DNA from: Tubulanus polymorphus
Lineage: Eukaryota; Animalia; Nemertea
Assembly (NCBI RefSeq): GCF_964204645.1
Contig: NC_134027.1
Span: forward strand, 23,212,560 to 23,276,559
Direction: 5' to 3'
DNA: 64,000 bases
This document shows positions 12,851-25,172 of the stretch, piece after piece. Each line of letters opens with the position of its first letter. The first letter of the stretch is position 1. The notes below the pieces were generated by a model, which saw only the letters and a program-made list of their open reading frames with translations, was not told where the DNA came from and ran no database searches. The position numbers were made by a program, and so were the translations under genes.

Positions 12851-13678
12851 GACAAGCGAGCCTGACATCACCTCCGTGTTATGTTGTTATGTACGTATAT
12901 AAAAGCAAGAGCCGATCAATACAAGCGATTCAAACTAGGACGCCCATTTTAATATGAACTCACTATACGTTCAACGCTACACTACACGCCGTGTACTGCG
13001 TATATGCAACTGGTTTCGTATTAGAATATTTCTATGGAGTGATAACACAAATTTCGAAATATTCTTTTAATGCAAGCGTAAATTCAGAACAATTTATATT
13101 TAAGTATATAGATAAGCCATGCGGTCCAAAACAAAGGGGTTGCCGGAGTCCCAACACTGTGTCACGTCTACGAAATAAAGGGTTGAAGATTTCCAATTGA
13201 TTGATTTTTTTAGTTTTCAATTGTGTCCAAATGTAATCATTATTTTGACGCTACGACCCTTACATTATTGCATATTGATACGCTTCAAGGTTTAATTCTA
13301 TCGCACTATTGTTTGTGGAACATAGCGAGTGCAAGGCAAGGACATCGATCGTCTCTCAAAAGGAACTACCCAGACTAAAATTTCCACGAGTCAGAAATCT
13401 ACAGAGAGGAAAATCTATTATCTAGATACGTAGGCCTATAGTCGGAAATGCGATTATCTTATTTAGAATGATTGTCTCGAGGAGAAGAATAAACGCACAT
13501 AAAAATCATTCCACAATTACTGACAAATTCTAGAATTGAGTGTGTCACTAATCATATTTTATTAGGGATATATTGGAAATAACGACATTTCTCTGTAACA
13601 AACGAATATTTGTATACGGTTTTAATAATGACTGAATTAACGCATATAAATGTATCAATGTGTGGATACACCATGCAA

Positions 13679-14089
13679 TCACATGCCAAGTGATTCCAAA
13701 TATTCTGAAATGACTGCCACCCCTTTATTCAGGTTGCCTTGCTGCGTCCCCTCCTTTCCAATTGCAATCACCACCGCTGTTTTAGACGTAACGGCTGTAA
13801 CGTAGCCGTTATCTTTTTTCTTGGCGAGTACCATTTTATTCGTCGCATCGGCCCTCAGAAATTGAAATTTGATCCCGTTTACATGTACTCCACCAGACTG
13901 CAAAGGTGTTGCGTCTCGACCGTCGCAAGCGGCAACTATATTTTTGACATTCTCTGATTTCATATCTGTGATTGCCATTGTGTGGGCGTCCGAGGTCCAA
14001 GGTGTTCCATCTTTGCCTCCTATCCAAACTTTGTCCGCAGAACCACCAGCTTGGCCGGCTAAATTATCGATATAACTATCCCACGACAT
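13679..14089 (-). CDS. Profilin (paralog B1, 136 aa)
   Basis: Same profilin motifs; acceptor ttgtag at 14102-14103 just upstream of ATG. Confidence 0.95.
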   Translation of the reverse strand: MSWDSYIDNLAGQAGGSADKVWIGGKDGTPWTSDAHTMAITDMKSENVKNIVAACDGRDATPLQSGGVHVNGIKFQFLRADATNKMVLAKKKDNGYVTAVTSKTAVVIAIGKEGTQQGNLNKGVAVISEYLESLGM

Positions 14090-14460
14090 GACGTTTTGAT
14101 ACTACAAGATACAAAATACAAAACCTGTGTATAACATACATTTTCAATTGAACCATTCATTCAGGGTTCAATTCAAGTTAAGTTGAACCACAGTGCGCTT
14201 GGACGGTGTAAGTTGTAAGATTGTCGATTGGGTGAACCAAGATATATGCTTAGACTAGTTATGAATAGTTAGATTTTCCCGTAGAACGATTGCCCAACGA
14301 TGGCTCCATTTATCCCCATTCCATGCTGCATTGTCATAATGCTCATGCTGTCAATCATTTTTTGTTGTTTTTCAGCCTTCGAACACACCCATTTGCGATC
14401 TCAATAAAGTTTGGCCTTATATATTGTCTTCAACTCATGTTATGGGCCATTTCCTGTCGT

Positions 14461-17400
14461 AAGGGTGTATGCGACAAATAAGGAAAATACAGTTAATTTC
14501 CCTGTTTTCGGCTTAAATTTGAAGTAGGTGAAAACCTGTTTTCTTTGAATTGATGCCACGGGAACCACTTAACCTCATTTTCAAGCCGGCTTAGAATTGG
14601 CGATGTCGGGTTATTATGTCATTGATTTGCACAAAACGGACACCAGTATAATCAAATTCCAATCCTCGATGGCAAGCGTTTCCAAAAACCCAGCAACAGT
14701 GAGTTCCGGGAACTCATTTTGACGTGGAATGTCGGAATCGAAGCCTTCGATAATTTCCCGTCTTTCTAATGGCCCAATAGGGTCAAATACCGTGATTTAC
14801 GGATCTGAGAGTTAACGCGGCATTAAAAATTCTAAACCTGCCAGGCAATCGAATTTAAAACAAGTAGAAAATAAAGAAAAACTCCTAAAAAAAACTATTC
14901 TATCTTATATATTACTATTGTTAAGTCCATTACATATAAACCTAAATTGAAACCTCATTAATCAGTGGGTTGCACTATACATCTTTTTATAATATATTAT
15001 AACAATCGAAATCTTAAGTTCCAAAACCTGGTACAAAGTTCCCGTAATTATAAAAGTTACAATTAATATAGGGAAGTTACTTTATCAAATTCTGATGCTT
15101 GATAGAGTGTAAAACATATTTGTAGAGTGTAAGCGCATTTATTTTCCAACCTCCTCAGTTTATATAAAACATCCCGTTAGGGAATTCCAGTTCAGTAAAC
15201 AATTCCATTCAACCTTTAGCGTCGTCATTATATAGGCCTACTTTGAAATTCTGAAATAACTGAGCCATATTGACTGTATTTTCTGCTCTCGATTTCAACG
15301 AATAAATAGTCCGAAAGTTAATATTAACACATAGACTATGAAGGCACGCTATGGTTAACATAATATTGAAAACGAAAAGTCTATTGCGACACAGATTAAA
15401 ATAATCGGTAATGAAAACTAGTGTATGATAAATAGGGTCTGAAGTGCTGACTCCTACACCCTAAATTCTAGTAAAGAAATTTTTTTTTTCATGTGTCCAA
15501 CCAGTATTTGATGAATCTATGCTATTGAACCTACATAAAGATCGCATAGGAGACACTTTAGGTGATGGTCTCACTGTATAAACTATAGGGTTGCTAATGT
15601 TCACCTATTAATGACGATCGTTCAGCCGCTCTCAAGAGCTCTCAAGAATACTTAGTTTTAATCCATCCCAAAATAAATTGGGCCATTTGTATTGAAGCCC
15701 GTTACCTTATACAAAAACAAGAGCATATCGCCATAGTTGCACCATGGGCTCGCTATAACAAAAACAACTGAGGAGGTCAATAGTCAACGGGATCCAATAT
15801 TCGCTACTCTGCTTTAAAATTAAAATGGACCTGCGAAAATCCGAACACATCTCTGCAGTTCGTTTCATGTCTTGCAAGAAAAAAGAAAAAAACTACACTC
15901 TCAAAAACGATGATGTCTAAAATGTGCAATGAACATATTTAGGCAAATACTGACCTTCAAATTCAAACATTGTATATATAGATTAATAATACAAAATACG
16001 ATATACATCAATACACATAATTTAGTTATCGGGCCCATTGCAGGTCTACGTAATTTTCTGATAATATTTGAATGTGTATTTGTTAAGAAAAATGACGCAT
16101 TAATACGGTTGTTGATTGATAAGCGTGAGTCTATCCGGGTAACGGGTAATAATCCACCATATGAAAATCTCGCCCTTCCAAATTGAATTTCATAACATGT
16201 TAATCGATGATTCTCATCTTGATTAAGAAAAACATATAATGATTTGACTATTTCTACTGAGCACTAGATGATCGACAGTAATCCCTTCAAAGTGAACTGA
16301 AAATGCTAGCGAGGCACAAGAATCATTTTAAGGATTGACAACTTGAGGATATTTTGATTTGAGGAGTACGAGTTGTTGATTAGATTCGAAACTCAGCCCA
16401 TAGAATTAGACCATTGGCTAATTAAGGTCACGTGAAAATGAATAATTTCTATTTAGCATTAATTCACTGATTTTACATACATATATTCCTCAACACCGTT
16501 GTGAAAAATATTAGGCCTATCCACGGGTTTCTAAAATGATCTATGATTAGAATTACTATTTCATAACCTTGTTTTGTTTATCGACTCTAGGTGACAGTGA
16601 TCAAATGATAATTGAGAATAATAAAGAATATTGTTCCTGAAGTATACTTCAGAAACAATATTGTGCTTGGGGTATGTTTTTCGATTGAATTCGATAAATT
16701 CGCCATGTAAAACAAAAGCGATCAGACCATTTTACTACCCCGATAATACGGATTTAGGCACGGGTATTTGTGCGGGCATCGCGATAGATTATTGTTGGAG
16801 ATTTATATCAAAAGTCAAAGCACTTATGCAGCATTGTAGTAAAGATTGACCGTTTATTTCCTGACGCCCATTATGGCCTACTGTTACAGTTACTTTATCA
16901 GAATTTCATAAAGTAACTTCCCTATAATAATTGTGACTTTCATAATTACGGGAACTTTGTTTCAGGTTTTGGAACTTAAGATTTCGATTATCATAATATA
17001 TCATAAAGATGATAGTGCACAACCCACTGATTAATGAGGTTTCAATTTAGGTTTACATGTAATGGACTTAACAATAGTAATATATAAGATAGAATAGTTT
17101 TTTTAGGAGTTTTTCTTTATTTTCTACTTGATTTAAATTCGATTGCCTGGCAGGTTTAGAATTTTTAATGCCGCGTTAACTCTCAGATCCGTAAATCACG
17201 GTATTTGACCCTATTTGGCCATTAGAAAGACGGGAAATTATCGAAGGCTTCGATTCCGACATTCCATGTCAAAATGCGTTCCCGGAACTCACTGTTGCTT
17301 GGTTTTTGGAAACGCTTACCATCGAGGATGGGAATTTGATTATACTGGTGTCCGTTTTGTGCAAATCAATGACATAATAACCCGACATCGCCAACTCTAA

Positions 17401-17530
17401 GCCGGCTTGAAAATGAGGTTAAGTGGTTCCCGTGGCATCAATTCAAAGAAAACAGGTTTTCACCTACTTCAAATTTAAGCCGAAAACAGGGAAATTAACT
17501 GTATTTTCCTTATTTGTTGCATACATGCTT
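14461..17530. mobile_element. 3.07-kb foldback-type element with ~635-bp TIRs and no transposase ORF
   Basis: 14461-15096 is the reverse complement of ~16897-17530; absent from the sister copy (empty site ~11363); flanks tcgt and tcgg. Confidence 0.92.
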
Positions 17531-18067
17531 TCGGGGGTCTCGTTTTATGAAACACTGTATCCTAGATAGTTGGCATTCGGCTTTAGCCGAAATCACACGA
17601 TTCAGTCCGTGCAAAATTTACAAAATTTGTGAATGGATATACGACTCACATCGTTTTGTTTGAGCAAATGTTTAGTATATCGAGTTAGTGGTTAACGTGT
17701 GGACTTGATGTGTAATAAGACACGGGCCAAATTTGACTCGGAACTGATTTAATGTTCCCACTTGGCCCGGGCCAAATCGTCTCCGGGCTAAGTGTCAAAG
17801 GGCACGGCCTACTAGGGGTTCATAAAACTTACTTCGGGACCCGCCCGCGCAGCTCAAAAAATAAATATACCCTATCGAATGAAACAAAAACACCGACCAT
17901 CGACATATGACAATTTACTGAATCACTGGGTCGGCTTCCATCGCTTTTTCATACACGTATCGCGGGAAATAAATCAAAATTTTTATCCTATGTACGCAAA
18001 TGATAATTTTCTAATTCTGCGCAACTATATACATCCATACATAGAATACACTAAAGTCTACGCCTAC

Positions 18068-18193
18068 CTTGTTGCCTGGAGAGTCCTCAATGCAAGAATG
18101 GAATACCGACTATACTAGGCCAGACGTTTTATTCATCACTATGGCAGGCTATTGAGAGAGAACTGGTTCGGCCCGAACAACGCGCCGTATATA
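18068..18193 (-). promoter_or_regulatory. Uninterrupted duplicate promoter and non-coding exon 1 upstream of profilin B1
   Basis: TATATA 18188-18193, initiator-like CCAGTT ~29 nt downstream (~18164), donor AAG|GTAGG at 18068/18067. Confidence 0.65.
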
Positions 18194-19010
18194 GACAAGC
18201 GAGCCTGACATCACCTCCGTGTTGTGTTGTTATGTACGTATATAAAAGCAAGAGCCGATCAATACAAGCGATTCAAACTAGGACGCCCATTTTAATATGA
18301 ACTCTCTATACGTTCAACGCTACACTACACGCCGTGTACTGCGTATATGCAACTGGTTTCGTACTAGAATATTTCTATGGAGTGAAAACACAAATTTCGA
18401 AATATTCTTTTAATGCAAGCGTAAATTATGAACAATTTATATCTAAGTATATATTTAAGCCATGCGGTCCAAAACAAAGGGGTTGCCGGAGTCCCAACAC
18501 TGTGTCACGTCTACGAAATAAAGGATTGAAGATTTCCAATTGATTGATTTTTTTAGTTTTCAATTGTGTCCAAATGTAATCATTATTTTGACGCTACGAC
18601 CCTTACATTATTGCATATTGTAACGCTTCAAGGTATAGTTCTATCGCACTTTTGTTTGTGGAACATAGCGAGTGCAAGGCAAGGACATCGATCGTCTCTC
18701 AAAGGAACTACCCAGACTAAAATTTCCACGAGTCAGAAATCAACAGAGAGGAAAATCTATTATCTAGGTACGTAGGCCTATAGTCGGAAATGCGATTATC
18801 TTATTTAGAATGATTGTCTCGTGGAGATGAATAAACGCACATAAAAATCATTCCACACTGACAAATTTGAATTGAGTGTCTCACTATATTTTATTAGGGA
18901 TATATTGGAAATAACGACATTGCTCTGTAACAAACGAATATTTGTATACGGTTTTAATAATGACTGAATTAACGCATATAAATGTATCAATGTGTGGATA
19001 CACCATGCAA

Positions 19011-19421
19011 TCACATGCCAAGTGATTCCAAATATTCTGAAATGACTGCCACCCCTTTATTCAGGTTGCCTTGCTGCGTCCCCTCCTTTCCAATTGCAAT
19101 CACCACCGCTGTTTTAGACGTAACGGCTGTAACGTAGCCGTTATCTTTTTTCTTGGCGAGTACCATTTTATTCGTCGCATCGGCCCTCAGAAATTGAAAT
19201 TTGATCCCGTTTACATGTACTCCACCAGACTGCAAAGGTGTTGCGTCTCGACCGTCGCAAGCGGCAACTATATTTTTGACATTCTCTGATTTCATATCTG
19301 TGATAGCCATTGCGTGGGTGGCCGTGGTCCAAGGTGTTCCATCTTTGCCTCCTATCCAAACTTTGTCCGCAGAACCACTAGCATGGCCGGCTAAATTATC
19401 GATATAACTATCCCACGACAT
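19011..19421 (-). CDS. Profilin (paralog B2, 136 aa)
   Basis: True ATG at 19421 (MSWDSY); acceptor at 19432-19433; nearly identical to B1. Confidence 0.95.
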   Translation of the reverse strand: MSWDSYIDNLAGHASGSADKVWIGGKDGTPWTTATHAMAITDMKSENVKNIVAACDGRDATPLQSGGVHVNGIKFQFLRADATNKMVLAKKKDNGYVTAVTSKTAVVIAIGKEGTQQGNLNKGVAVISEYLESLGM

Positions 19422-20200
19422 GACGTTGATACTACAAGATACAAAATACAAAACCTGTGTATAACATACATTTTCAATTGAATCACTCATTCAGGGTTCA
19501 ATTCAAGTTAAGTTGAACCACAGTGCGCTTGGACGGTGTAAGTTGTAAGATTGTGGATTGGGTGAACCAAGATATATGCTTAGACTAGTTATGAATCGTT
19601 AGATTGTCCCGTAGAACGATTGCCGAGGTGAATTAAACGGGGACTTGTGTCCGGTTTTTATAAGGATACAATCAACTCTTGTATGAAAATCGATTTATTT
19701 CTTATTCTAGATTTTTGAATTAAAAGATTTGTTTCGAGATGTTTATTACGTATTACCTGTACAACGTATTAAGTAGATTTTCATCGTATGAATCGATATT
19801 CCCCACGTTTGAGTTTTGGCTATTCCTACCAAAACGTGTTGAATTTTGTCAAAAGTAGCTGTTGTTAAATTACTCCCGCATGAAGCTACTATCCCAAGTA
19901 TGTATCCCAGATATTTGCCATTAGAATATGTTATCAAACCTTTGGCCAACTGGGGATGGTTAAACTCAAGACAGGGACCCCGCCTCCCCACCCCCGCCCC
20001 AAGTAACTACAACAAAGAAAGAAATATCCACCGTCGACATATGGCAATTAACTGAATCTATAGATTGGCTTCTATCACTCTAAGTGTCGAGACTGAGGAG
20101 ATTTATCGAAATGCTATCAAATGTACGAATATTCATTCATTTTCTAGGCAATATATACAGCACACATTGCTACGCGTATGCTAAGTCTACATATACCTAC

Positions 20201-20286
20201 CTTGTTGCCTGGTCAGTTGTCAACGCAAGAATGGAATACCGACTGTATTAGGCCAGACGTTTCATTCATTACTATGGCAGGCTATT
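20201..20286 (-). other. Putative non-coding exon 1 of profilin B2
   Basis: Diverged homolog of 11896-11979 and 18068-18153 with conserved donor at 20201/20200. Confidence 0.6.
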
Positions 20287-20391
20287 CATACATGTCACGT
20301 GCGGTCAGTGTAGCGGTCAGTCTTCGTTTTGGGGTGTGCGAGTTGAGGCTAGTCCAGTAGAGCGCTCTCCTGAAATACTTCCGGTGCTTTA

Positions 20392-20393
<2 letters not shown>

Positions 20394-20427
<34 letters not shown>

Positions 20428-20630
20428 TTTATTTCTTATATATTCTTAATAATAATCTATGCGCTGTACAAAGGGTTAATTCATTTACATAAAATCAAGA
20501 ACTTCAAAAGCATATGATAAAACAGCAGGAGCAAAGACACGGTAAAATAGCTTAAAACATATAAGTCCTTTTAAAAAGGTACGTTTTTAAATTTGACTTA
20601 AAACATTGCACTGATGGACTAAGCCTTACA
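20394..20630 (-). mobile_element. LINE (L2/CR1 group) 3' end with (ATT)n tail
   Basis: Minus strand encodes ..SVQCFKSNLKTYLF, followed by a short UTR, AATAAA and trinucleotide tail. Confidence 0.6.
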
Positions 20631-22734
20631 GCTCTCCGATTAATTTCAAGATGTTTCTTATTTTTTTACTCGGCAGAAGCTGGTATCCATGAATTACTCT
20701 CGTGACCAACTCCACGACATTCGGGGAAGACCGACAACAAAACTCGGAAGCTGATTCGCTCACCAAGCCGCAGAAATAAACATCCTAACAACCCAGGGTC
20801 GAACTTAGCCTAGAGTTGCCCTGGTCCACAAACACGTGAATATTAGACACTCGACTATAGATCCATGAAGGATTTTTACTCGTTTCCAAATTTCCAATCC
20901 AGAATTTTACCTATTGATCTGAGACATAAACTTGAAAGATTATCAAGGTTAACGGACATCAAACACAAAAACGACACACAACTGAACCAGTTATCAACGC
21001 TAATTGACATTAATTCTTACTACGAGATATGCCCCTTCATGCCTTCCTAAAACAGCCGAGTTTGATGTATTAAATAAATTTGATGTATTTAGATAAAACA
21101 ATCCAGTTTTGTAGAAGGACTATGAATGCATGTATTTCCTTTTGCTGGATAATATTCTTCAGGGTCCAGGTCCGCAGTTCCGAGTTAAGATTTAACTCTT
21201 AAGTTAACTCATTGAAAATGAACTAACTCTATCTCACAGTTGACACTAACTCGCAACTGTGGAACTGGGTCCAGTACATTAGTCTCTATTGATACTTTTC
21301 AATCATCACTTTATAGATACATAATGTGTTCGTGATATTTTCACGTTTTGTCATGATATAATCTATTAGTTGTCTTTGTTTTTTTTTTAATGTAACTCTT
21401 GAGAGTTATAACAAGCATCAGCTTTCTTTGTATCGTCCTCGCTGGCCTGTACTTACATTTCAAATTCCATCCATTATATTCAGATGTAACATCAGAAACT
21501 AGCATGTTTAGTCACAATTTTATGAGTATACGTAGTAAAAAGAATAACAGCAAAAAAGATATCTAATGATGATAAGATGATAACAGTTCAAAGGAGGAGG
21601 ACCTTTAAAATGATAAGTGTCCATTGAGAGACCGTTCTTTTAGAGTAGGACAAATGATAGAATCAGTCCTATAGAAAGACCATTAAAGTGTTGAAATCCG
21701 AAGTCCAGTGTGTAAAAGAGAGTGACGAATTCGGGATCGACTGTATTTGTGTGGGGCGATTTGAAGCTCATCCAAATCCAAAAGCTAAAATCAGTTTTTC
21801 CAGTGCATCGTCGACCCTATACTTTGCTTATGGACTTCTCAAAAATTTGGATTTAAGGTTTTCCACGGTCTGAATTCATTTTGTGTTCCTTTGTGAAGGA
21901 TCATTGCAAGCTTTGGTCATCGTTGGTGGCAAGTGATCTAGGGTCGACTGATTGCATTCTAGAAGATTTACTTTATAGATCTGGCCACATTCAAGTGCAT
22001 TCATAAGAACCGGTTGTCTTTAAAATCGACGTAGGCCTATATTGTACATTCTCGTTGCTCGTCCAAATGCCACAGGTTTCTTATAAAGACCTGTCCTTTA
22101 TCACACTTGCATGGGGCTATTGAACCAAAATTTTTTCTCTATCTATGAATGGTGTTAACTCTTTTTACCTGTATATGATATTCATATTTCATAGATTACG
22201 TCAGTTGTATACGTTAGACGTGTTATGGGGCGCTCTGCAGCCTCCCGCCCACGCTATTTAATTACTCATTCTCTTCAGACATACGGGTATTCAATGATTT
22301 AGTAATTTTTGTCGGACTTGCAAACGCTGGGTGGGTACGTGAGTGCAGGGACGGAGTAGGGTTTGGTGGCTGTTTATTGCAACGGGCGATTTACCGACCA
22401 AAGACATTTTATACAACATTAAGAGAATAGTCCTGGGCCACATATTTACTAAGATCTGCAGTCCGCGCCGGCGTGGCGGGGGAGGGGGGCAGTTGGGCTA
22501 GACTGGTTTCTCTTTCAGAAGGGACCATTTTCATGGGTGCGCATCGAACCATTTCGGTAGTCATATTCCCCAATGAAACATTTTAATGTTATTTCGGTTA
22601 TCGGGCGGGAAAGCCAGGCGTCGCAACAGAGCTGACGCGGTGTGAGACAGCATTTCATAAATACACGCCCGCATGCGGGCCTCATAGTCGGTACTGCGCA
22701 GTGAATGATATTCAAATGTGATATCGAGAGAACT

Positions 22735-23198
22735 GAATGTAGGTAAATGTCCCTTAAAAAAATGTCCCCGCAAAAAATGTTCCTTAATGTAGAAAAAAAT
22801 GTCCTAGTCTATCATTACTAATTTAGCAAATTTTCCCAAAAAAATAATTCATTGAGTGACAATGAGAATTATAGGCCTAGAATTTCGAGATTAATTAATT
22901 TCACGTGTTGAGAACATGTGAACTCACTACATGAAACGTCAAATTTAAGAAGATTTTGAATTTATAATACAAATAATTAAATCAAGTAGAGCCATTTTTG
23001 CTATCAAATGTAAAATGGTAATTAAAATCTATTACCAAGTTGTATCTCTGGTGTTATTATGATGTGAAATTAACTTCATTACCAAGTTAGTAATCATAGA
23101 CTGGGACATTTTTTCCCGGGACATATTTTACCTGGAACATTTTATCCGGGGACATATTTTCCGGGACATTTTTTCCCGGGACATTTTTACCGTATACC
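22735..23198. mobile_element. MULE-like MITE with tandem AAAATGTCCC subterminal repeats
   Basis: Inverted arrays of aaaatgtccc and gggacatttt; exact 9-bp TSD gagagaact at 22726-22734 and 23199-23207. Confidence 0.85.
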
Positions 23199-23330
23199 GA
23201 GAGAACTTGTTCGGCCCGGACACGCGCCGTATGAAGCCAACGAAGCTTGACACCACCGCTCATATTATGTTGTTTTGCGCGCAAGTAAAAGCAATCCGAT
23301 AAATAGATTCAAACTAGGACGCCAATTATA
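23199..23330 (-). promoter_or_regulatory. Displaced promoter region of profilin B2
   Basis: Homologous to 12811-12950 (gagagaact..gttcggcccg..acgcgccgtat..gattcaaactaggacgcc); TATA degenerate. Confidence 0.6.
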
Positions 23331-24942
23331 CACTGTGTATATTCATACATATTGTGCTCAGTGCAATATTGTATTGATTGATTGTGCGAGTACAAACACT
23401 ACGTTTTTACGTGTGTATAAATGCGTATATGAAAATATAGAAAATAAACAAAACATTTTTGAAATATTCTTTCATTAAACATCTATTATGTACAAAAATG
23501 TATATATGTACCTTCAAAACAATTTATATATGAATGTGTTAACACGCTAGTTAAAAACAAGGGGTACCAGTAAGATTACTGAGTCCCAACAAGTTGGCTT
23601 ATCTAATAAGCCAGCACACTAAATGAAGAGGAGCTTGCACTTGTAGGCCTATTTTCGATCAAAAGATTTTTTATTTTTTTCAATCCTTTCATATATGCGA
23701 ATGAAATCATTAATTTTGACGCTGCCGACCCTTGTTTTATTTCATATATACATGCAGATGTCACATTGTACATACGCTTCAAGGTTTCTCTGATCACCAC
23801 TTCTTGGAACACAAACCCGAAAAACAAAGCGCAAGTTATAAATAGTTCAAGTCTTTCAAACGAAATCACCCAAGCCTGTCCACGATCCTGAAATCTGTTC
23901 TTCAGATCTTGAGTGGTTCGTACATTCATAAACGGGCCTGTTTTGCCGTGTTGAACTTAATGTCCTTTTTCGCTTTTATAGATATGAAGTCCTTCGCCGA
24001 AAATAGTAATTCCTTCAGCTTGATGATGAATCGAGATTCTTGTTTCTTGTTCTTGTTCGAGAATATTTCGACACTTCTGGGATAGTATTAAAAGAGACAT
24101 ATAGCTCGAACTACTTGTCGAACACCGGGATACTCCCGAGGAAGACCAACTACTAGAAATATAGAAAGAACTAGGAAACAAGAAGCTGGCAAAAAAGACG
24201 TCGATTGATAAGAAATAAGACCGAACTTATTAAAAAGAGATTAAATCTTTGTGAGGATTATCTCGTAATTTCAATCGAGTAGTTAACTTCTTTTTCATTT
24301 GTTGGTCTCGCGGATTACTCGGTTTGAGTCATTGAGCGGATAATTGATCTTAAAATGGGGATTGACCCTGTTATTTATTTGATGGGTTTCAGTTTTTGAG
24401 TTGGTGACTCTTATACAAACCCACCATAAGTGGCCGGGAGGGTTTGATTTTGAAATCGAAGTTCAGATAAAGTTGTGTGATCGGCGGTCGAGCTTACAGA
24501 ATTATTTGTTTGAATCGAAGTACATAATTGGGAAATCCGCCGCTCTCCCGCGAAATGTCGGTTACTTCTTCGGGTCACATGAGAATATACGTTGGGCCTA
24601 CTCCCTTTCACTTTCGGCTTCGCGTCATTCATAATTCGTTTAGTGATCAAGATGATCGTTGAAATCACAGACGTTGATTCTTTTTAGAGGGCATTGAAAT
24701 CGCGTACGGAGAGACAGGGCAGAAAACCCTGTTGTATTCCTCGGGATTATTATTTATCCACTTTTTTCCAACATAAAATGTATCCTCTCTCAGATTTCAA
24801 TCGGCAAATAAGCGCTCTTATCAATGTAGTAAGGATAGCGCTCTGAGAGCAGGTTAGAATTCTTTGAAATGTATGGCGGACCCTAAATCCGGCATATGTG
24901 TGGACCCGGCCTGCTGATAGAGTGCCGATACATGTAACAGCA

Positions 24943-25172
24943 CAGGGGCGGATCCATGCTGGTAAATTTGAGTGTATTCCTGAAAATTACTGCTCAAATT
25001 ATCTGCCGGTGACGAAGCTGATTAAAGGGATTCGATATCCAAAAAAAATTACTCATTTTCCTTCTAAAGGCATTCTGGACCTGTCAGATTAGGTTCTTCT
25101 AGAAAGTATGTTATTCACATTTTTCTGACTGTATTCTGGAATATTGTGGAATATAGCTTGGATCCACCCCTG
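24943..25172. mobile_element. 230-bp hAT-like MITE
   Basis: TIR CAGGGGCGGATCCA / TGGATCCACCCCTG; 8-bp flanks taacagca and taacagcc (7/8). Degenerate relatives near 7177-7452, 37420-37675 and 41530-41705. Confidence 0.8.

Larger units (their letters stand above)
11209..14294. repeat. Tandem segmental duplication, unit 1
   Basis: Near-identical to 14303-19624 once the 11980-12803 and 14461-17530 insertions are removed. Confidence 0.92.
14303..19624. repeat. Tandem segmental duplication, unit 2
   Basis: Matches 11209-14294; starts gctccat..tatccccatt and ends gtagaacgattgcc. Confidence 0.92.

Noticed and set aside
15100-16890. Transposase inside the foldback element
   Set aside because: Only short ORFs with no recognisable DDE motif.
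19422-19490. N-terminal extension of profilin B2 in the ORF track (159 aa)
   Set aside because: Non-ATG start running through intron sequence; a splice acceptor sits at 19432-19433 and the paralogs start at MSW.
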